50,419 nucleotides of DNA, taken from IMG/VR virus record IMGVR_UViG_3300045199_000074; one strand, written 5' to 3'. The notes under the pieces were generated by a model. That model had not been told where the DNA came from and did not search any database. It saw only the letters and a program-made list of their open reading frames with translations. Numbering within the stretch: position 1 is the stretch's first letter; every line of letters begins with the position of its first letter. Both the position numbers and the translations under genes were made by a program. Shown in pieces: positions 7,609 to 17,301 of this stretch. Source of the stretch: a virus.

Positions 7609-8940
7609 GTGGAAATCGTATTTGAAATACCGGAGAATAAGATTGTTGGCGTACAATCTCGGGTAAATAAAGCGGCTCAAAGAGCTAGGAAAAGTGGTTT
7701 ACCTGTTCCATCGATGAGTATCGTTGAAAAAATAGAACGGGAACATTATGTTCATGATGCGTTAGCACGATTGAACGGTAATCCTTCTTCAACCAGACGC
7801 GTCGTGTCACGTATTGCTGTCCTACAAATAGCAAATTTCTCACCAAGTATTGGAGACTTTTCATTTGTAGGTTCGAGATACTATAAACAAAAGAAAGATG
7901 GGCAATCAGTAACTTCAAATTTCGGATGTGTTCCTGCCGAAATAGAATGCAGAGACAAGCTTTGCTGTGATCATTGTGGATATAGTCGTAATCGTTCTAT
8001 ATCCTGGGTTCTGAAAAACAACAAAGATGAGAAATTTTCTGAAGTCGGGTCTAGCTGCCTAGAAGCCTTTACTGGATACAGATTGGGCAACGCATTTCAT
8101 GAAGGGTTTCAGGAAGTTGGAAAAATCCTTCATGCGATCAAGCAACTTGCTGATGAAAATCCTGAAAATGATCCAATGGCCTTCGATGAAGATATACGTC
8201 TTGTTCTGGCTGTAGCTATCCGTCATGTCAGCGATCATGGCTTTATCAGCTCACACCAGGCTAAATCTGAAATGGTAGATGCATCGTGGCGCGATGTTAT
8301 GAGTGATTTGTTAAAGTATCGTCGAAACGATCTTGCTGATGATGAGATATTGGTCACTGAAGCAGATTTTCTAGCCGCTGATGATTTGGTGAATTATTTC
8401 TCAAACAATGCTTTTAATGATTTTAGTCGCAACGTTGCGGAAACCACTATGAAAAAATATGCAGCAATGCACGACGTTGCGCTGTTAACGGCTGCTGCTA
8501 ATTCATATGTTGAGAAACTTGCGCGTGATCAAGCTGCATCAAATGTTCGTTCGCTCGTTGATCGCTCTGTTCCAGTGGGGAATATTGGCGACCGATTTGA
8601 ATTTGTGGGCAAGGTTTTCAGTGTAAAAGAGTTCGTCGGAAATTATGGGCCTGTGAGTTACATTACCTTGATAGACACAAACAACAACCTTATGAGTTGG
8701 AAGGCAAGCGGTGGCTCAAAGCTTGATGAAGGTGATGCTTATATCCTTCGAGGCACCGTTAAACAGCATCGGCTGTGTGAACGTGGATATTTTAAAGGAA
8801 TTGCTGAAACTGTCGTCACACGCGTTGCTGTGGAAAAAAAGCTCGGGCCAGCTTCATTTGTTCCATCAAACGATGTGTCAACTTTATCGGCAGATGACGA
8901 AGAGGCATTATCAAGCCTGCTTGGGACAATGAATTTTTGA
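7609..8940 (+). CDS. Hypothetical protein with a Cys-rich (Zn-binding) motif and a C-terminal OB-fold-like domain
   Basis: CDHC...RNR...VGSSC motif. C-terminal VGNIGDRFEF...YGP...LRGTVKQH beta-barrel pattern. GTG start with AGGAG RBS. Confidence 0.65.
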   Translation: MEIVFEIPENKIVGVQSRVNKAAQRARKSGLPVPSMSIVEKIEREHYVHDALARLNGNPSSTRRVVSRIAVLQIANFSPSIGDFSFVGSRYYKQKKDGQSVTSNFGCVPAEIECRDKLCCDHCGYSRNRSISWVLKNNKDEKFSEVGSSCLEAFTGYRLGNAFHEGFQEVGKILHAIKQLADENPENDPMAFDEDIRLVLAVAIRHVSDHGFISSHQAKSEMVDASWRDVMSDLLKYRRNDLADDEILVTEADFLAADDLVNYFSNNAFNDFSRNVAETTMKKYAAMHDVALLTAAANSYVEKLARDQAASNVRSLVDRSVPVGNIGDRFEFVGKVFSVKEFVGNYGPVSYITLIDTNNNLMSWKASGGSKLDEGDAYILRGTVKQHRLCERGYFKGIAETVVTRVAVEKKLGPASFVPSNDVSTLSADDEEALSSLLGTMNF

Positions 8941-8977
8941 AAATGCATTTGATCCTTGCAAGTTAAGGAATGATTTT

Positions 8978-9604
8978 ATGATTAGACCCGCCTCTTGGTG
9001 GAAGGCAAAATTGGAGACAACGATGGCAGTAGTTAGTGCGAAAGCATTTTTTGCATATCAGAGGGATATTAACTCCCTTATGCAACAGCGTTATGGTGTT
9101 ACATATTCCGAGGTAAGAGCTGACCTGCATGATGACAATCAGCATATCAAGTCGTCCTTTGATAATGGTGTTTCTGCGGTCGATATTGCTCAGGACATCG
9201 GATATCAATCCGGCTTCAAGTCTGTAGATGAAAAAGGGGTGGAATACGCAGCCGAATACAACCGCAGGAAAGCCGCGCTTCTCCAGTTTGCGTCTGAAGA
9301 GAACGATTTTCTAAGAGGTAATGAAGGCACTCTATTCATGCCATATGAGGGCGGAGTTGTTACTTTAACACCTGTTCACAAAAGTGACAGCAATCTATGG
9401 GCTTTCCGCGCAGAAATAAGGGATGGTGCTGTTTTAAATCCATCAATGCTTGAAATATCTAACGAAGGTATAGTCCGTGATAGTTTTGAAGGATGGGATA
9501 TCGAAGTTGTAAACGATTGGGTTCAAAGCCATGTTGTCCCATTAACATATTCATCGTCCCTAAACGAAGATAAGAATGAGATTTCTTCACCAGGGTTCTA
9601 TTGA
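8978..9604 (+). CDS. Hypothetical protein
   Basis: 208-aa ORF downstream of the 7609 gene. The start could be ATG 8978 or a later ATG after GGAG. Confidence 0.65.
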   Translation: MIRPASWWKAKLETTMAVVSAKAFFAYQRDINSLMQQRYGVTYSEVRADLHDDNQHIKSSFDNGVSAVDIAQDIGYQSGFKSVDEKGVEYAAEYNRRKAALLQFASEENDFLRGNEGTLFMPYEGGVVTLTPVHKSDSNLWAFRAEIRDGAVLNPSMLEISNEGIVRDSFEGWDIEVVNDWVQSHVVPLTYSSSLNEDKNEISSPGFY

Positions 9605-10347
9605 TAACTAATACCTGCTGATCGTAATACTGTCTCAATGTCACGGCCGTCTGTAATTCTTACTATTACGGATGGCCTATTTGTATCTGAGTTACCAACG
9701 ATTTCCACACCAGGAATACTTTGCAATTTTAAGATGGACTCTGGACTAAAGTATTCAAGTCTGTACTCTGTCCATCCTGCATTCTGCCTTTGTCCTGTTA
9801 TAGCAATTGTATCCTCTTGGACTGTTCCCTCAGATGGGTCGGAATAGCCATTGAAAATATCATCAATCATGCCAAGGGCAGCTTCTCTGTTTGCTTCATG
9901 AGAATTGATTGATCTCCAAGCAGCTCCCTCGCCTGATACCCATCCAGCGACAGCGAGTTGTTCGGATTTATCTTTTATCGCAATCGCAATCGCTGCGGCG
10001 CGGTACTTAGCAGCAAGTTTATTCAGGACATTTACATCCATATTTTCAAGATGATAACCTTGGACCAACCTCCTGTCATCAGCATCACCAGTTATGGCTA
10101 CCGTCTTCATTCCAGAGTTTGTTTGACGAGGGACAATCCATTGCTGAAGCCATTCATCCTCCTTATTCCATAGAACAATCTCTCCGTTTTCAGATCGCCT
10201 TGCAGGAATAACCAGAACCCAGTTTTTTTTGGAGAGAGAAATGTAAGAAGCTTCTTCTGGCCATGATCCTTCAGGAGATGCACAGGCCATAGTTGTGAAA
10301 ATGAAAAATTCAAACAATGCGATTAAACTACGCATTTTCTGCTCCAA
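9598..10347 (-). CDS. Secreted hypothetical protein, weakly DUF2066-like
   Basis: N-terminal hydrophobic signal and a WVLVIP...LW..ED.W...W...GDADD pattern. Confidence 0.55.
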   Translation of the reverse strand: MEQKMRSLIALFEFFIFTTMACASPEGSWPEEASYISLSKKNWVLVIPARRSENGEIVLWNKEDEWLQQWIVPRQTNSGMKTVAITGDADDRRLVQGYHLENMDVNVLNKLAAKYRAAAIAIAIKDKSEQLAVAGWVSGEGAAWRSINSHEANREAALGMIDDIFNGYSDPSEGTVQEDTIAITGQRQNAGWTEYRLEYFSPESILKLQSIPGVEIVGNSDTNRPSVIVRITDGRDIETVLRSAGISYQ

Positions 10348-10423
10348 TTAAAATAATATGCTTCTCAAAAGGTGGTCCTTGTTAAATAATGAACGATATT
10401 ATTTAATTCGCAAAGGCTTGAAT

Positions 10424-10999
10424 ATGGGTATTAGTAGACATTTCCCCCTTATTTCGAGAAGAGGACTTATCGTAGGTTTGGGTGCGTCTTTATTGGCTAA
10501 GCAGGCTTATGCCAGAATTGGTTGGTCTGCGTCTCCTGAATTGATTAAAGCATTTCGGTCAATGCCTCATATTAAAGATGGAACCTCCAGTAAGTTGGTA
10601 TATGTCTTAACAACTCCTTGGTGTCCGAGATCTCCAGAACTTTATGAGAGTAGCAGGCGTATTATTAACAGCGGGCAAATATCGTTTGCATGGATACCCT
10701 ATTCAGGAGGCCAGCCAGAAGGTAGTAATGCTGTAGAAAGATTATTTTCAGGAAACGACGTCAATCATATAAATAGTATTTTCGAACCAATTAAACGAGG
10801 GACGGTTAAACAGGAAACACCCATGTCTGACAGACAGGATTATCTTGTTTCTACAACATTGGAATCGTTGATTATTAGAGATACCGGTATGGGGATTAAA
10901 ACGCCCACTTTGGTATATGCAATTGGTTCACAGGTAAGAATTATTCCTGGATCTATTGATGAAAAAGAATTACAGGTTGTGGCTGATTTCGCAACGTAA
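10424..10999 (+). CDS. Tat-exported thioredoxin-fold (DsbG/TrbB-like) protein with a CxxS site
   Basis: Twin-arginine signal ISRRGLIVGLGASLLAKQAYA, active-site region VYVLTTPWCPRS, and cis-Pro motif KTPTL. Confidence 0.65.
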   Translation: MGISRHFPLISRRGLIVGLGASLLAKQAYARIGWSASPELIKAFRSMPHIKDGTSSKLVYVLTTPWCPRSPELYESSRRIINSGQISFAWIPYSGGQPEGSNAVERLFSGNDVNHINSIFEPIKRGTVKQETPMSDRQDYLVSTTLESLIIRDTGMGIKTPTLVYAIGSQVRIIPGSIDEKELQVVADFAT

Positions 11000-11001
11000 T
11001 A

Positions 11002-11055
11002 ATTGCGAGCGTCACTTTAAATAAAAATATATTAAATATAACCGACACTCGCAAT
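11002..11055. terminator. Inverted repeat between convergent genes
   Basis: ATTGCGAGCGTC ... GACACTCGCAAT (11/12 match) around an AT-rich loop. Confidence 0.45.
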
Positions 11056-11068
11056 AAAACTAAAAATA

Positions 11069-11278
11069 TCAGTCTAGACCAAAACACTGTGCCTGCATTG
11101 ATCCAATTGCTCGCCCCGGAGGACATTGGGTAACTTTACCTTCGTTCGCTAGATAGCTTGCAATCAATTCTGCATCGGTTGGTTGCCCTGGTTTCGGTTT
11201 ATGCTTCTTTCTACGTCTACGAATAAGCATCATTCCATTTGGATTCGAAAATCGAGAATTAAGTCCGTGCATGCGCAC
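11069..11278 (-). CDS. Small basic hypothetical protein
   Basis: RRRRKKHKPK tract and a LIASYLANEGKVTQCPPG motif of the kind seen in small phage/plasmid proteins. GGAG RBS. Confidence 0.55.
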   Translation of the reverse strand: MRMHGLNSRFSNPNGMMLIRRRRKKHKPKPGQPTDAELIASYLANEGKVTQCPPGRAIGSMQAQCFGLD

Positions 11279-11537
11279 TCCAGTACGGTTAGATGTTGAT
11301 CTTAGTGGTTTAGGCGCGAATTAAGCGCATGTAGGCTTTAATATCTCTTTTAATTATGTAAATCAAGGATAATTCCTTTTAATGTCGTAATAATTATAAA
11401 TAAATAAAATCCAATTTTTTCCTTAAATAAATGCTTGAATGATTCCAATTGATTAGTCAGAATCCATGGAAAGGCTATCGCCGGTGGGCAGGATCGATTT
11501 ATTATTGTTTCCACAGGCTATTTTAAAAGGGGATTTC

Positions 11538-14162
11538 ATGTCCCAAAAACAAATGCGAGGCCCTCAGGGTAACCAAGAGATAAGAGCTGTCGATCTTGCT
11601 AAAGATTCTCGCCCTCTTAGTAAAAAAATCCATGATTGGCTAAAAGGGCCGCAAAATTTAGCTACCTTTTTGCTATTTTTTGCAGCACTCGCCTTTGTAA
11701 TTCCTGCTGTGGCTGATTTTTGTCTTTTATTTTCATGCTTATTTACATGGTTTGGATTAAAGCAAAGAGAAGTTTCTCCATTAAAATTGCCGATCCAATC
11801 CAAAATGATGGACGTAAATGAACGTCATCCAGCGACGTCGTTGCCTTCAATCGCTCAGGGTATTTTCTTCCTGGGCAATGAGTTGAAGACAGCAAAAGAG
11901 GTGTGGCTAACTAACTCTGATTGCCGTCAGCATTTTCTGGTTCTTGGCACGACTGGTGCGGGTAAGACGGAAGCTTTGCTGGGGTTTGCGGCCAATGCGG
12001 TTGCATGGGGTTCTGGCTTCTTGTTTTGCGATGGTAAGGGTGACGTCGCCCTTTTCTCGAAAGTTTACGCCCTGTGCCGCCGATTTGGCCGAGAAGACGA
12101 CCTTCTGGTGTTAAACTACATGACAGGTAACCAGGATATTGGCGGCGGCGGCGGTAAGCTGATGTCGAATACTCTTAATCCATTTTCGACAGGTTCATCT
12201 GACACTTTGACACAGATGGTTGTTGGTCTCATGGATGATGCCGGTGGTGACGGTGCTATGTGGAAAGGCCGTGCAGCTGCTATGTTTACGGGTGTTATGC
12301 GCGCTCTGACTTGGCTTCGTGACAATAACTACATAGACCTCAACGTTTCTGAAATTCGTGATCATTTGCAGCTTAAAAGGATCATCGATCTGGCGGATGA
12401 GAAAAAATATGAGGAAATGCCACAGTCGATACGAAAAAGTATTCGCTCTTACATGACATCACTTCCAGGCTTTCAGGAAGATAAAGGGTACAAGCAATCA
12501 CAAACCACCCTTGATCAGCACGGTTACCTGGAAATGCAGTTTACTAAGATTCTTGGTTCTCTAGCTGACGTTTATGGCCATATCTTTCACACGCCATACG
12601 GTGAAATCGATATGGCTGATGTCGTATTGAACCGTAGAATTCTTGTTATCATGCTTCCTGCTCTTGAAAAGTCGCGAGATGAAATTGCTAACCTCGGGAA
12701 GATTGTTGTCGCCACCCTTAAGGGCATGATGGGTGGTACTCTTGGTTCAGAAATTGAAGGCACTTGGGATTCTGTTGTTATTAATCGACCAACCAATTCT
12801 CCAAGCCCATTTATCGTGGTTCTTGATGAGGTCGGTTATTACATGGTTGACGGCATGGATCTTATGGCTGCTCAGGCTCGTTCTCTTGGCTTCTCGCTTA
12901 TTTTTGCGGGGCAGGACATCAACGCGATGAAAAGCCTGAACGAAAAGGTTTTCGGTTCTGTTCGAGGTAATACGAATACTAAAATCATTATGAGAACGGA
13001 AGATGAAGAAACGGCGGAGCTTGGTGTAAAGGCTGCAGGTAAAATGTGGCTAACCGTAGCCAAGAATTTTGATGGAAAAGTTAGTGAGGCTGGCGGTCGA
13101 TCATATCGAGACGATATGAAAGCTGTTGCAGAAGAAAGGGATCGAATTAACCCTCTTGACCTGAAAGATCAGGATGAGGGTGAAATGCACATCATTCATA
13201 AAGGTTGGCTCGTTCGTGCTAAATCTTTTTATGCCAATCCAGAAGGAGCGGTCAATAAAAACAACCTTAAATTAAGAGCGAATTATTTCATCACTGTGGC
13301 TAAGCCTGATCGTGAAGAAATTGAAAAGCAGCAGAAAATGCCTGAGATCATCGCAAAATTGGTCGACCCAGAATTTGCTAAACAGATTAAAGTCTTAGCT
13401 GCGAATGCAATGCAGAATGTTTCTTCAGATACAGATATCGGAGTTATTGCTCAAACTCTTAAAGAGATTGACGCTTCTAAGCGCCCTCCTTCTAGTAGAA
13501 CTGAGACTACATGTATTGCTTATGCCAAGCTTAATTATGAAAATGTAAGAACATCTCAAGCCTACGCAAGAGAAATCGGCGTAGCAACTGGCGGGCGCAA
13601 ACCAGTCGGAATGACGACACCTCAGGATTTGGAAAATATCCCATTCGAAGATAATTCTAAAGCTAATGGTTCAGCTGTTTCAGGTGCCTCGCGTCGACCG
13701 AGACAAGAGATATCTTCTGAATCATTTATGCCTGATACGGAAGAACAGGGCAGACCTTCGTTTGCTTCTAAGCCCCGTCCAATCAGCAGTAGTATGAAAA
13801 AGGATGTTCCGCACGGCACCGAGGTTGGTGGTGATATTCAGAGAATGACAGACAGGATGTCATCAAATCAGAATGTGTTGAGAACACTTGCGGCTCTAAA
13901 TTTTGATGAGAAAGTTGAAACAAGAGAGAGTGTAGATAGCTATATTGAAGAAGCCTTATCTTCAGATGATGGCGATGACATTGATGACGATTTTGATTTC
14001 ACAAAGAGCGATATAGCAGCATCAGCAGTTGCATCCGCAACCGCAACCGCAGTACATGCGTTTGACGATGAAGATCAAGGCGATAGCGAAGGTTCATGGG
14101 ACCCTAAAGAAGGCCCCGTGGAAGATTTTCTAACTTCACTTTTACAGGACGAGGACGATTGA
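11538..14162 (+). CDS. icmO: Type IVB secretion coupling protein, DotL/IcmO/TrbC family
   Basis: N-terminal TM helices, FFLGNE, HFLVLGTTGAGKTE (Walker A), DGKGD, SNTLNPF, MWKGRA, VVLDEVGYY, AAQARSLGF and GNTNTKI. Start at ATG 11538 after AAGGGG. Confidence 0.9.
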   Translation: MSQKQMRGPQGNQEIRAVDLAKDSRPLSKKIHDWLKGPQNLATFLLFFAALAFVIPAVADFCLLFSCLFTWFGLKQREVSPLKLPIQSKMMDVNERHPATSLPSIAQGIFFLGNELKTAKEVWLTNSDCRQHFLVLGTTGAGKTEALLGFAANAVAWGSGFLFCDGKGDVALFSKVYALCRRFGREDDLLVLNYMTGNQDIGGGGGKLMSNTLNPFSTGSSDTLTQMVVGLMDDAGGDGAMWKGRAAAMFTGVMRALTWLRDNNYIDLNVSEIRDHLQLKRIIDLADEKKYEEMPQSIRKSIRSYMTSLPGFQEDKGYKQSQTTLDQHGYLEMQFTKILGSLADVYGHIFHTPYGEIDMADVVLNRRILVIMLPALEKSRDEIANLGKIVVATLKGMMGGTLGSEIEGTWDSVVINRPTNSPSPFIVVLDEVGYYMVDGMDLMAAQARSLGFSLIFAGQDINAMKSLNEKVFGSVRGNTNTKIIMRTEDEETAELGVKAAGKMWLTVAKNFDGKVSEAGGRSYRDDMKAVAEERDRINPLDLKDQDEGEMHIIHKGWLVRAKSFYANPEGAVNKNNLKLRANYFITVAKPDREEIEKQQKMPEIIAKLVDPEFAKQIKVLAANAMQNVSSDTDIGVIAQTLKEIDASKRPPSSRTETTCIAYAKLNYENVRTSQAYAREIGVATGGRKPVGMTTPQDLENIPFEDNSKANGSAVSGASRRPRQEISSESFMPDTEEQGRPSFASKPRPISSSMKKDVPHGTEVGGDIQRMTDRMSSNQNVLRTLAALNFDEKVETRESVDSYIEEALSSDDGDDIDDDFDFTKSDIAASAVASATATAVHAFDDEDQGDSEGSWDPKEGPVEDFLTSLLQDEDD

Positions 14163-14164
14163 TA

Positions 14165-14755
14165 ATGGCAACCGGAATTGGTGCAGCTATGGCTGGAGGC
14201 AAGCGTGGATCTGGGGCAGATCGCCCCAGACAACATGCGGATTGGTATCCTACACCTGATGAAGTTACTGAGGTGCTTATTCCTCATCTAAATCGCATTC
14301 AAGGACCTATTAGCGAACCTTGTTGTGGTGATGGAGCTTTAGCTAAAGTTTTGGAGCGTCATGGACACGAGGTTATAGGCACAGATTTACACAATCGTGG
14401 CTATGGATCAGGACACGGCCCAGAATACGATATTATGAAAATGGAAAAGCTTCCTGCGCCTAACATTGTCACCAATCCTCCATTTAATATTGCAGGACCA
14501 ATTATTAAGCATGTTCTTTCATTGAAACCAGATTATATGGCAATGTTGCTTAAGGCATCATTCTGGCACGCAAAATCAAGACACGCTTTATTTGAAGAAA
14601 ATCCGCCATCGAAGATAATAGCACTGACATGGCGTCCTGACTTTATGAATTTAAAAAGACCAACAATGGAAGTTATCTGGTGTGTATGGGAACGCGGTCA
14701 TAATGGATACACTGAATACGTGTTAGCCAAAAAGCCTTCAAAAAAAGTGTCGTAA
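14165..14755 (+). CDS. Small orphan amino (N6-adenine-type) DNA methyltransferase, phage-like
   Basis: DWYPTP, EPCCGDG (SAM-binding motif I) and IVTNPPF (motif IV). Abuts the icmO stop codon. Confidence 0.8.
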   Translation: MATGIGAAMAGGKRGSGADRPRQHADWYPTPDEVTEVLIPHLNRIQGPISEPCCGDGALAKVLERHGHEVIGTDLHNRGYGSGHGPEYDIMKMEKLPAPNIVTNPPFNIAGPIIKHVLSLKPDYMAMLLKASFWHAKSRHALFEENPPSKIIALTWRPDFMNLKRPTMEVIWCVWERGHNGYTEYVLAKKPSKKVS

Positions 14756-14858
14756 CATCCATATTTATATTATTCATATCGCTTTCTTGTTGACAGATTG
14801 GTCGATAAAAAACAGCATAAAGATAAGACTTAAATTCGATTATTAATAAGGTTTTGAT

Positions 14859-15461
14859 ATGTCTCATGAGAATGGAAAAATAGCTATTTTGTTTAATGGG
14901 CCACCAAGGGCTGGTAAAGACACAGCTGTTAACGCTCTTGTTGAAGGCATTGTTGATAATTATGAAATCATTAAATTTACGGGGCCAGTAAAAGATTTAA
15001 CGCATCTAAATTACGGGCTTTCATGCGCACAAGACGCTTATGAGACAAATAAAGATACGCCATTGGCTGATTTCAATGGAAAGACACCAAGACAGGCTTA
15101 TATCGAGACTTCCAGCAATCTGAAAAAGATGAACGGATCTGATGCAGTTGCCAAGCTCTTTGTCGAAGCTATTCATGCCTCAGACGCAGAAATCATCCTT
15201 AATCCAGATGTTGGGGATGATATGGAGGCGTTGGCAGTAGCCAATTCTCTTGGTCTAGAGAATGTACTTGTTCTTCGGATCCACAAGGATGGACACGACT
15301 TTTCTAAAGACTGCCGGACTTGGGTTCAGTCTCACGAACTCACGATTATTGATATCGTGAACGAAAATGGTAAGCGACGTGAGTTCGAGACTGAAGTTGC
15401 CGCGCGCGTTCGTTCGTTCTTGGAACGTGTTTCAGATATTCGTTCCAGTTATGCCGCTTGA
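14859..15461 (+). CDS. Deoxynucleoside monophosphate kinase-like P-loop protein
   Basis: NGPPRAGKDT, KFTGPVK and TPRQAYI motifs, typical of phage dNMP kinases. Confidence 0.7.
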   Translation: MSHENGKIAILFNGPPRAGKDTAVNALVEGIVDNYEIIKFTGPVKDLTHLNYGLSCAQDAYETNKDTPLADFNGKTPRQAYIETSSNLKKMNGSDAVAKLFVEAIHASDAEIILNPDVGDDMEALAVANSLGLENVLVLRIHKDGHDFSKDCRTWVQSHELTIIDIVNENGKRREFETEVAARVRSFLERVSDIRSSYAA

Positions 15462-16048
15462 TGTGTCCTATCTTCATGACGATACATGAGTCTTATGTCA
15501 CCGACAGAACTTCCAGATCTCTTGAAAGTTGCATAAGCAGCAGTTTCACAAGCCAGCTGTAGTTCTCCCTCAAGTCTGTCCGCGTATCTGTGTGGTATGC
15601 GGATTTCTTTTTTCTGACCGTCATACATTTCCTTCACAAGCCATTTGTAGAGTGGGCTAGTCGCTTTAGGCCATGTAATCCAAGCTTTACCTATTTCACC
15701 GTATACGCCAATTTTGGTCGATGTTTCTGTGTCGTTGATGACAAACTGAATATCCTGATGGGCTTCTACCCATTTCTCACCTGCTTCGTTGGCTGCGGCA
15801 GTTGCTTGCTTAAAGATCGACGATAAAAGCTTGTCAGCCAGATCGGTGAGACCTTCACGCTTAAGCTCTCTTTCCTCCAACGCTTTGTCAATTAAGACTT
15901 CTGCCTGATCTCGTGTGAGACCGCGATTGCGATGGCTTATTCCTGTGAATTTCTGAAGCAAGAACTGTTGGCGTTCTGTAGCTGCCAACATTCCAAAGTT
16001 ACTTAGGCCGAGATTCCAGTATTTCCCGCCTGATCCATATCTTGCCAT
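15449..16048 (-). CDS. Hypothetical protein
   Basis: 199-aa ORF. Its GGAG RBS lies within the upstream hairpin. Confidence 0.7.
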   Translation of the reverse strand: MARYGSGGKYWNLGLSNFGMLAATERQQFLLQKFTGISHRNRGLTRDQAEVLIDKALEERELKREGLTDLADKLLSSIFKQATAAANEAGEKWVEAHQDIQFVINDTETSTKIGVYGEIGKAWITWPKATSPLYKWLVKEMYDGQKKEIRIPHRYADRLEGELQLACETAAYATFKRSGSSVGDIRLMYRHEDRTHQAA

Positions 16049-16054
16049 AAAGCA

Positions 16055-16084
16055 AAAACTCCGCAGTTTAAGATGCGGAGTTTT
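16055..16084 (-). terminator. Terminator-like hairpin after the macrodomain gene, overlapping the next RBS
   Basis: AAAACTCCGCA-N8-TGCGGAGTTTT, a perfect 11-bp stem. Confidence 0.65.
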
Positions 16085-16110
16085 AAACCAGATTTACCGA
16101 TAATTGTCAA

Positions 16111-16620
16111 TTAAGCGAATGTGGGGAGATTTGCTGCGTTATATTTCCTACTCCGGAAAACGAAAACGGTTGGCTGTACGTCAGTAAGCTGTTCGGATAT
16201 AATTTTTCCAAGCTTATTCCAGTCGCCACCACCAAGATCTGCTCCTATCATAGGCATGAAAACTTCGTTAAATCCGCCTTCGAAGCTACCTCCTGGTATG
16301 CCATTCACGGCTACGTGGTTCACATTTCGCATACATGCTTCGAAAGCTTCATAACTAACATGTCTGCTGCCGTCTCGCCCGTATGTTGGCTGTGTTAGAC
16401 AGTTACCTATCAGAACACCACGAACCTCAATCCATATAACAGTGCCGAGATAAAGGCTATTATTTTTATGAGCCGCATAATATGCGTTTGCTACCTCAGG
16501 ATATAATCCTTTTAAAGCTTCTGCAAAACCGCTTCCAAATCCGCCCTGCGTGTTACAGCCATGCAAAACAACTTTTGGCTTCGATTTAAATAGATCGCCT
16601 TCAATATATTTTATAGCCAT
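16111..16620 (-). CDS. Macrodomain (ADP-ribose binding/hydrolase) protein
   Basis: IEGDLF, LHGCNTQGGFGSGFA, and MPMIGADLGGGDW. Confidence 0.88.
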   Translation of the reverse strand: MAIKYIEGDLFKSKPKVVLHGCNTQGGFGSGFAEALKGLYPEVANAYYAAHKNNSLYLGTVIWIEVRGVLIGNCLTQPTYGRDGSRHVSYEAFEACMRNVNHVAVNGIPGGSFEGGFNEVFMPMIGADLGGGDWNKLGKIISEQLTDVQPTVFVFRSRKYNAANLPTFA

Positions 16621-16623
16621 TTA

Positions 16624-17301
16624 TTAATCCATAACTAAGATGATACGATCCTGATCGGTACATCCTGAAATCTTATTAGCGGTATCTGCCAGATCAGACT
16701 GTGTAACGCTTTTTCCATTTAACTTAAAAAAACGAGGGCCTAGAACCTTTACATCTTGGCCCTTTTCTACCAGTAAGTCTATTATTTCCTTTAGATTCAT
16801 CGGGCGAACTTTTTTACCCGAACGACTAGCTTCTGTAACAATAGCAGCTGCAGAACCATGTATTTTATGCTGTATAAATATAGGGGTGTATTCACGTTTT
16901 ATCTGAGGTGGCACTGGCTTACTTGTCTTTTTTCTAGGTTTTCGCTTTTTCGGATTATCGCCTGCCAGGAACTCGACAGGCACTTTCACCAGAATAGTTC
17001 CTTCGATAATTTCCGTCACAACAGCTTGTTGAGATAGTCTTACTTCTTTCAAACCAAGTGTTGTCGTAGCTGCCTCAAAAGCGTGTTTCTTTTCGTTTTT
17101 GCCTTTTGCCTCTGGTATTTTTATTCGACCGTGTTCATCTGGATAAATAATAATGCCTTCGTCAGTAAAGCGTGCTGACACTCGGTCGCCTTCATTTATT
17201 GATATCTGTTGGGCAATTTCTAATGAAATAGATATCCTGCCATACCAGCGACTTCCGTCACCACGAGCCGTAATAGCAATTGTACCATGCGATGTTGGCA
17301 T
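16624..17301 (-). CDS. Hypothetical protein, possible AbrB-like beta-hairpin DNA-binding N-terminus
   Basis: RISISLEIAQQISINEGDRV resembles the AbrB/MazE pattern, with a basic linker. Lies 3 nt upstream of the macrodomain gene. Confidence 0.55.
   Translation of the reverse strand: MPTSHGTIAITARGDGSRWYGRISISLEIAQQISINEGDRVSARFTDEGIIIYPDEHGRIKIPEAKGKNEKKHAFEAATTTLGLKEVRLSQQAVVTEIIEGTILVKVPVEFLAGDNPKKRKPRKKTSKPVPPQIKREYTPIFIQHKIHGSAAAIVTEASRSGKKVRPMNLKEIIDLLVEKGQDVKVLGPRFFKLNGKSVTQSDLADTANKISGCTDQDRIILVMD

Noticed and set aside
11310-11393. CtrA-like TTAA-N7-TTAA sites upstream of icmO
   Set aside because: Only imperfect matches occur in very AT-rich DNA, and I found no exact site in the intergenic regions I checked.
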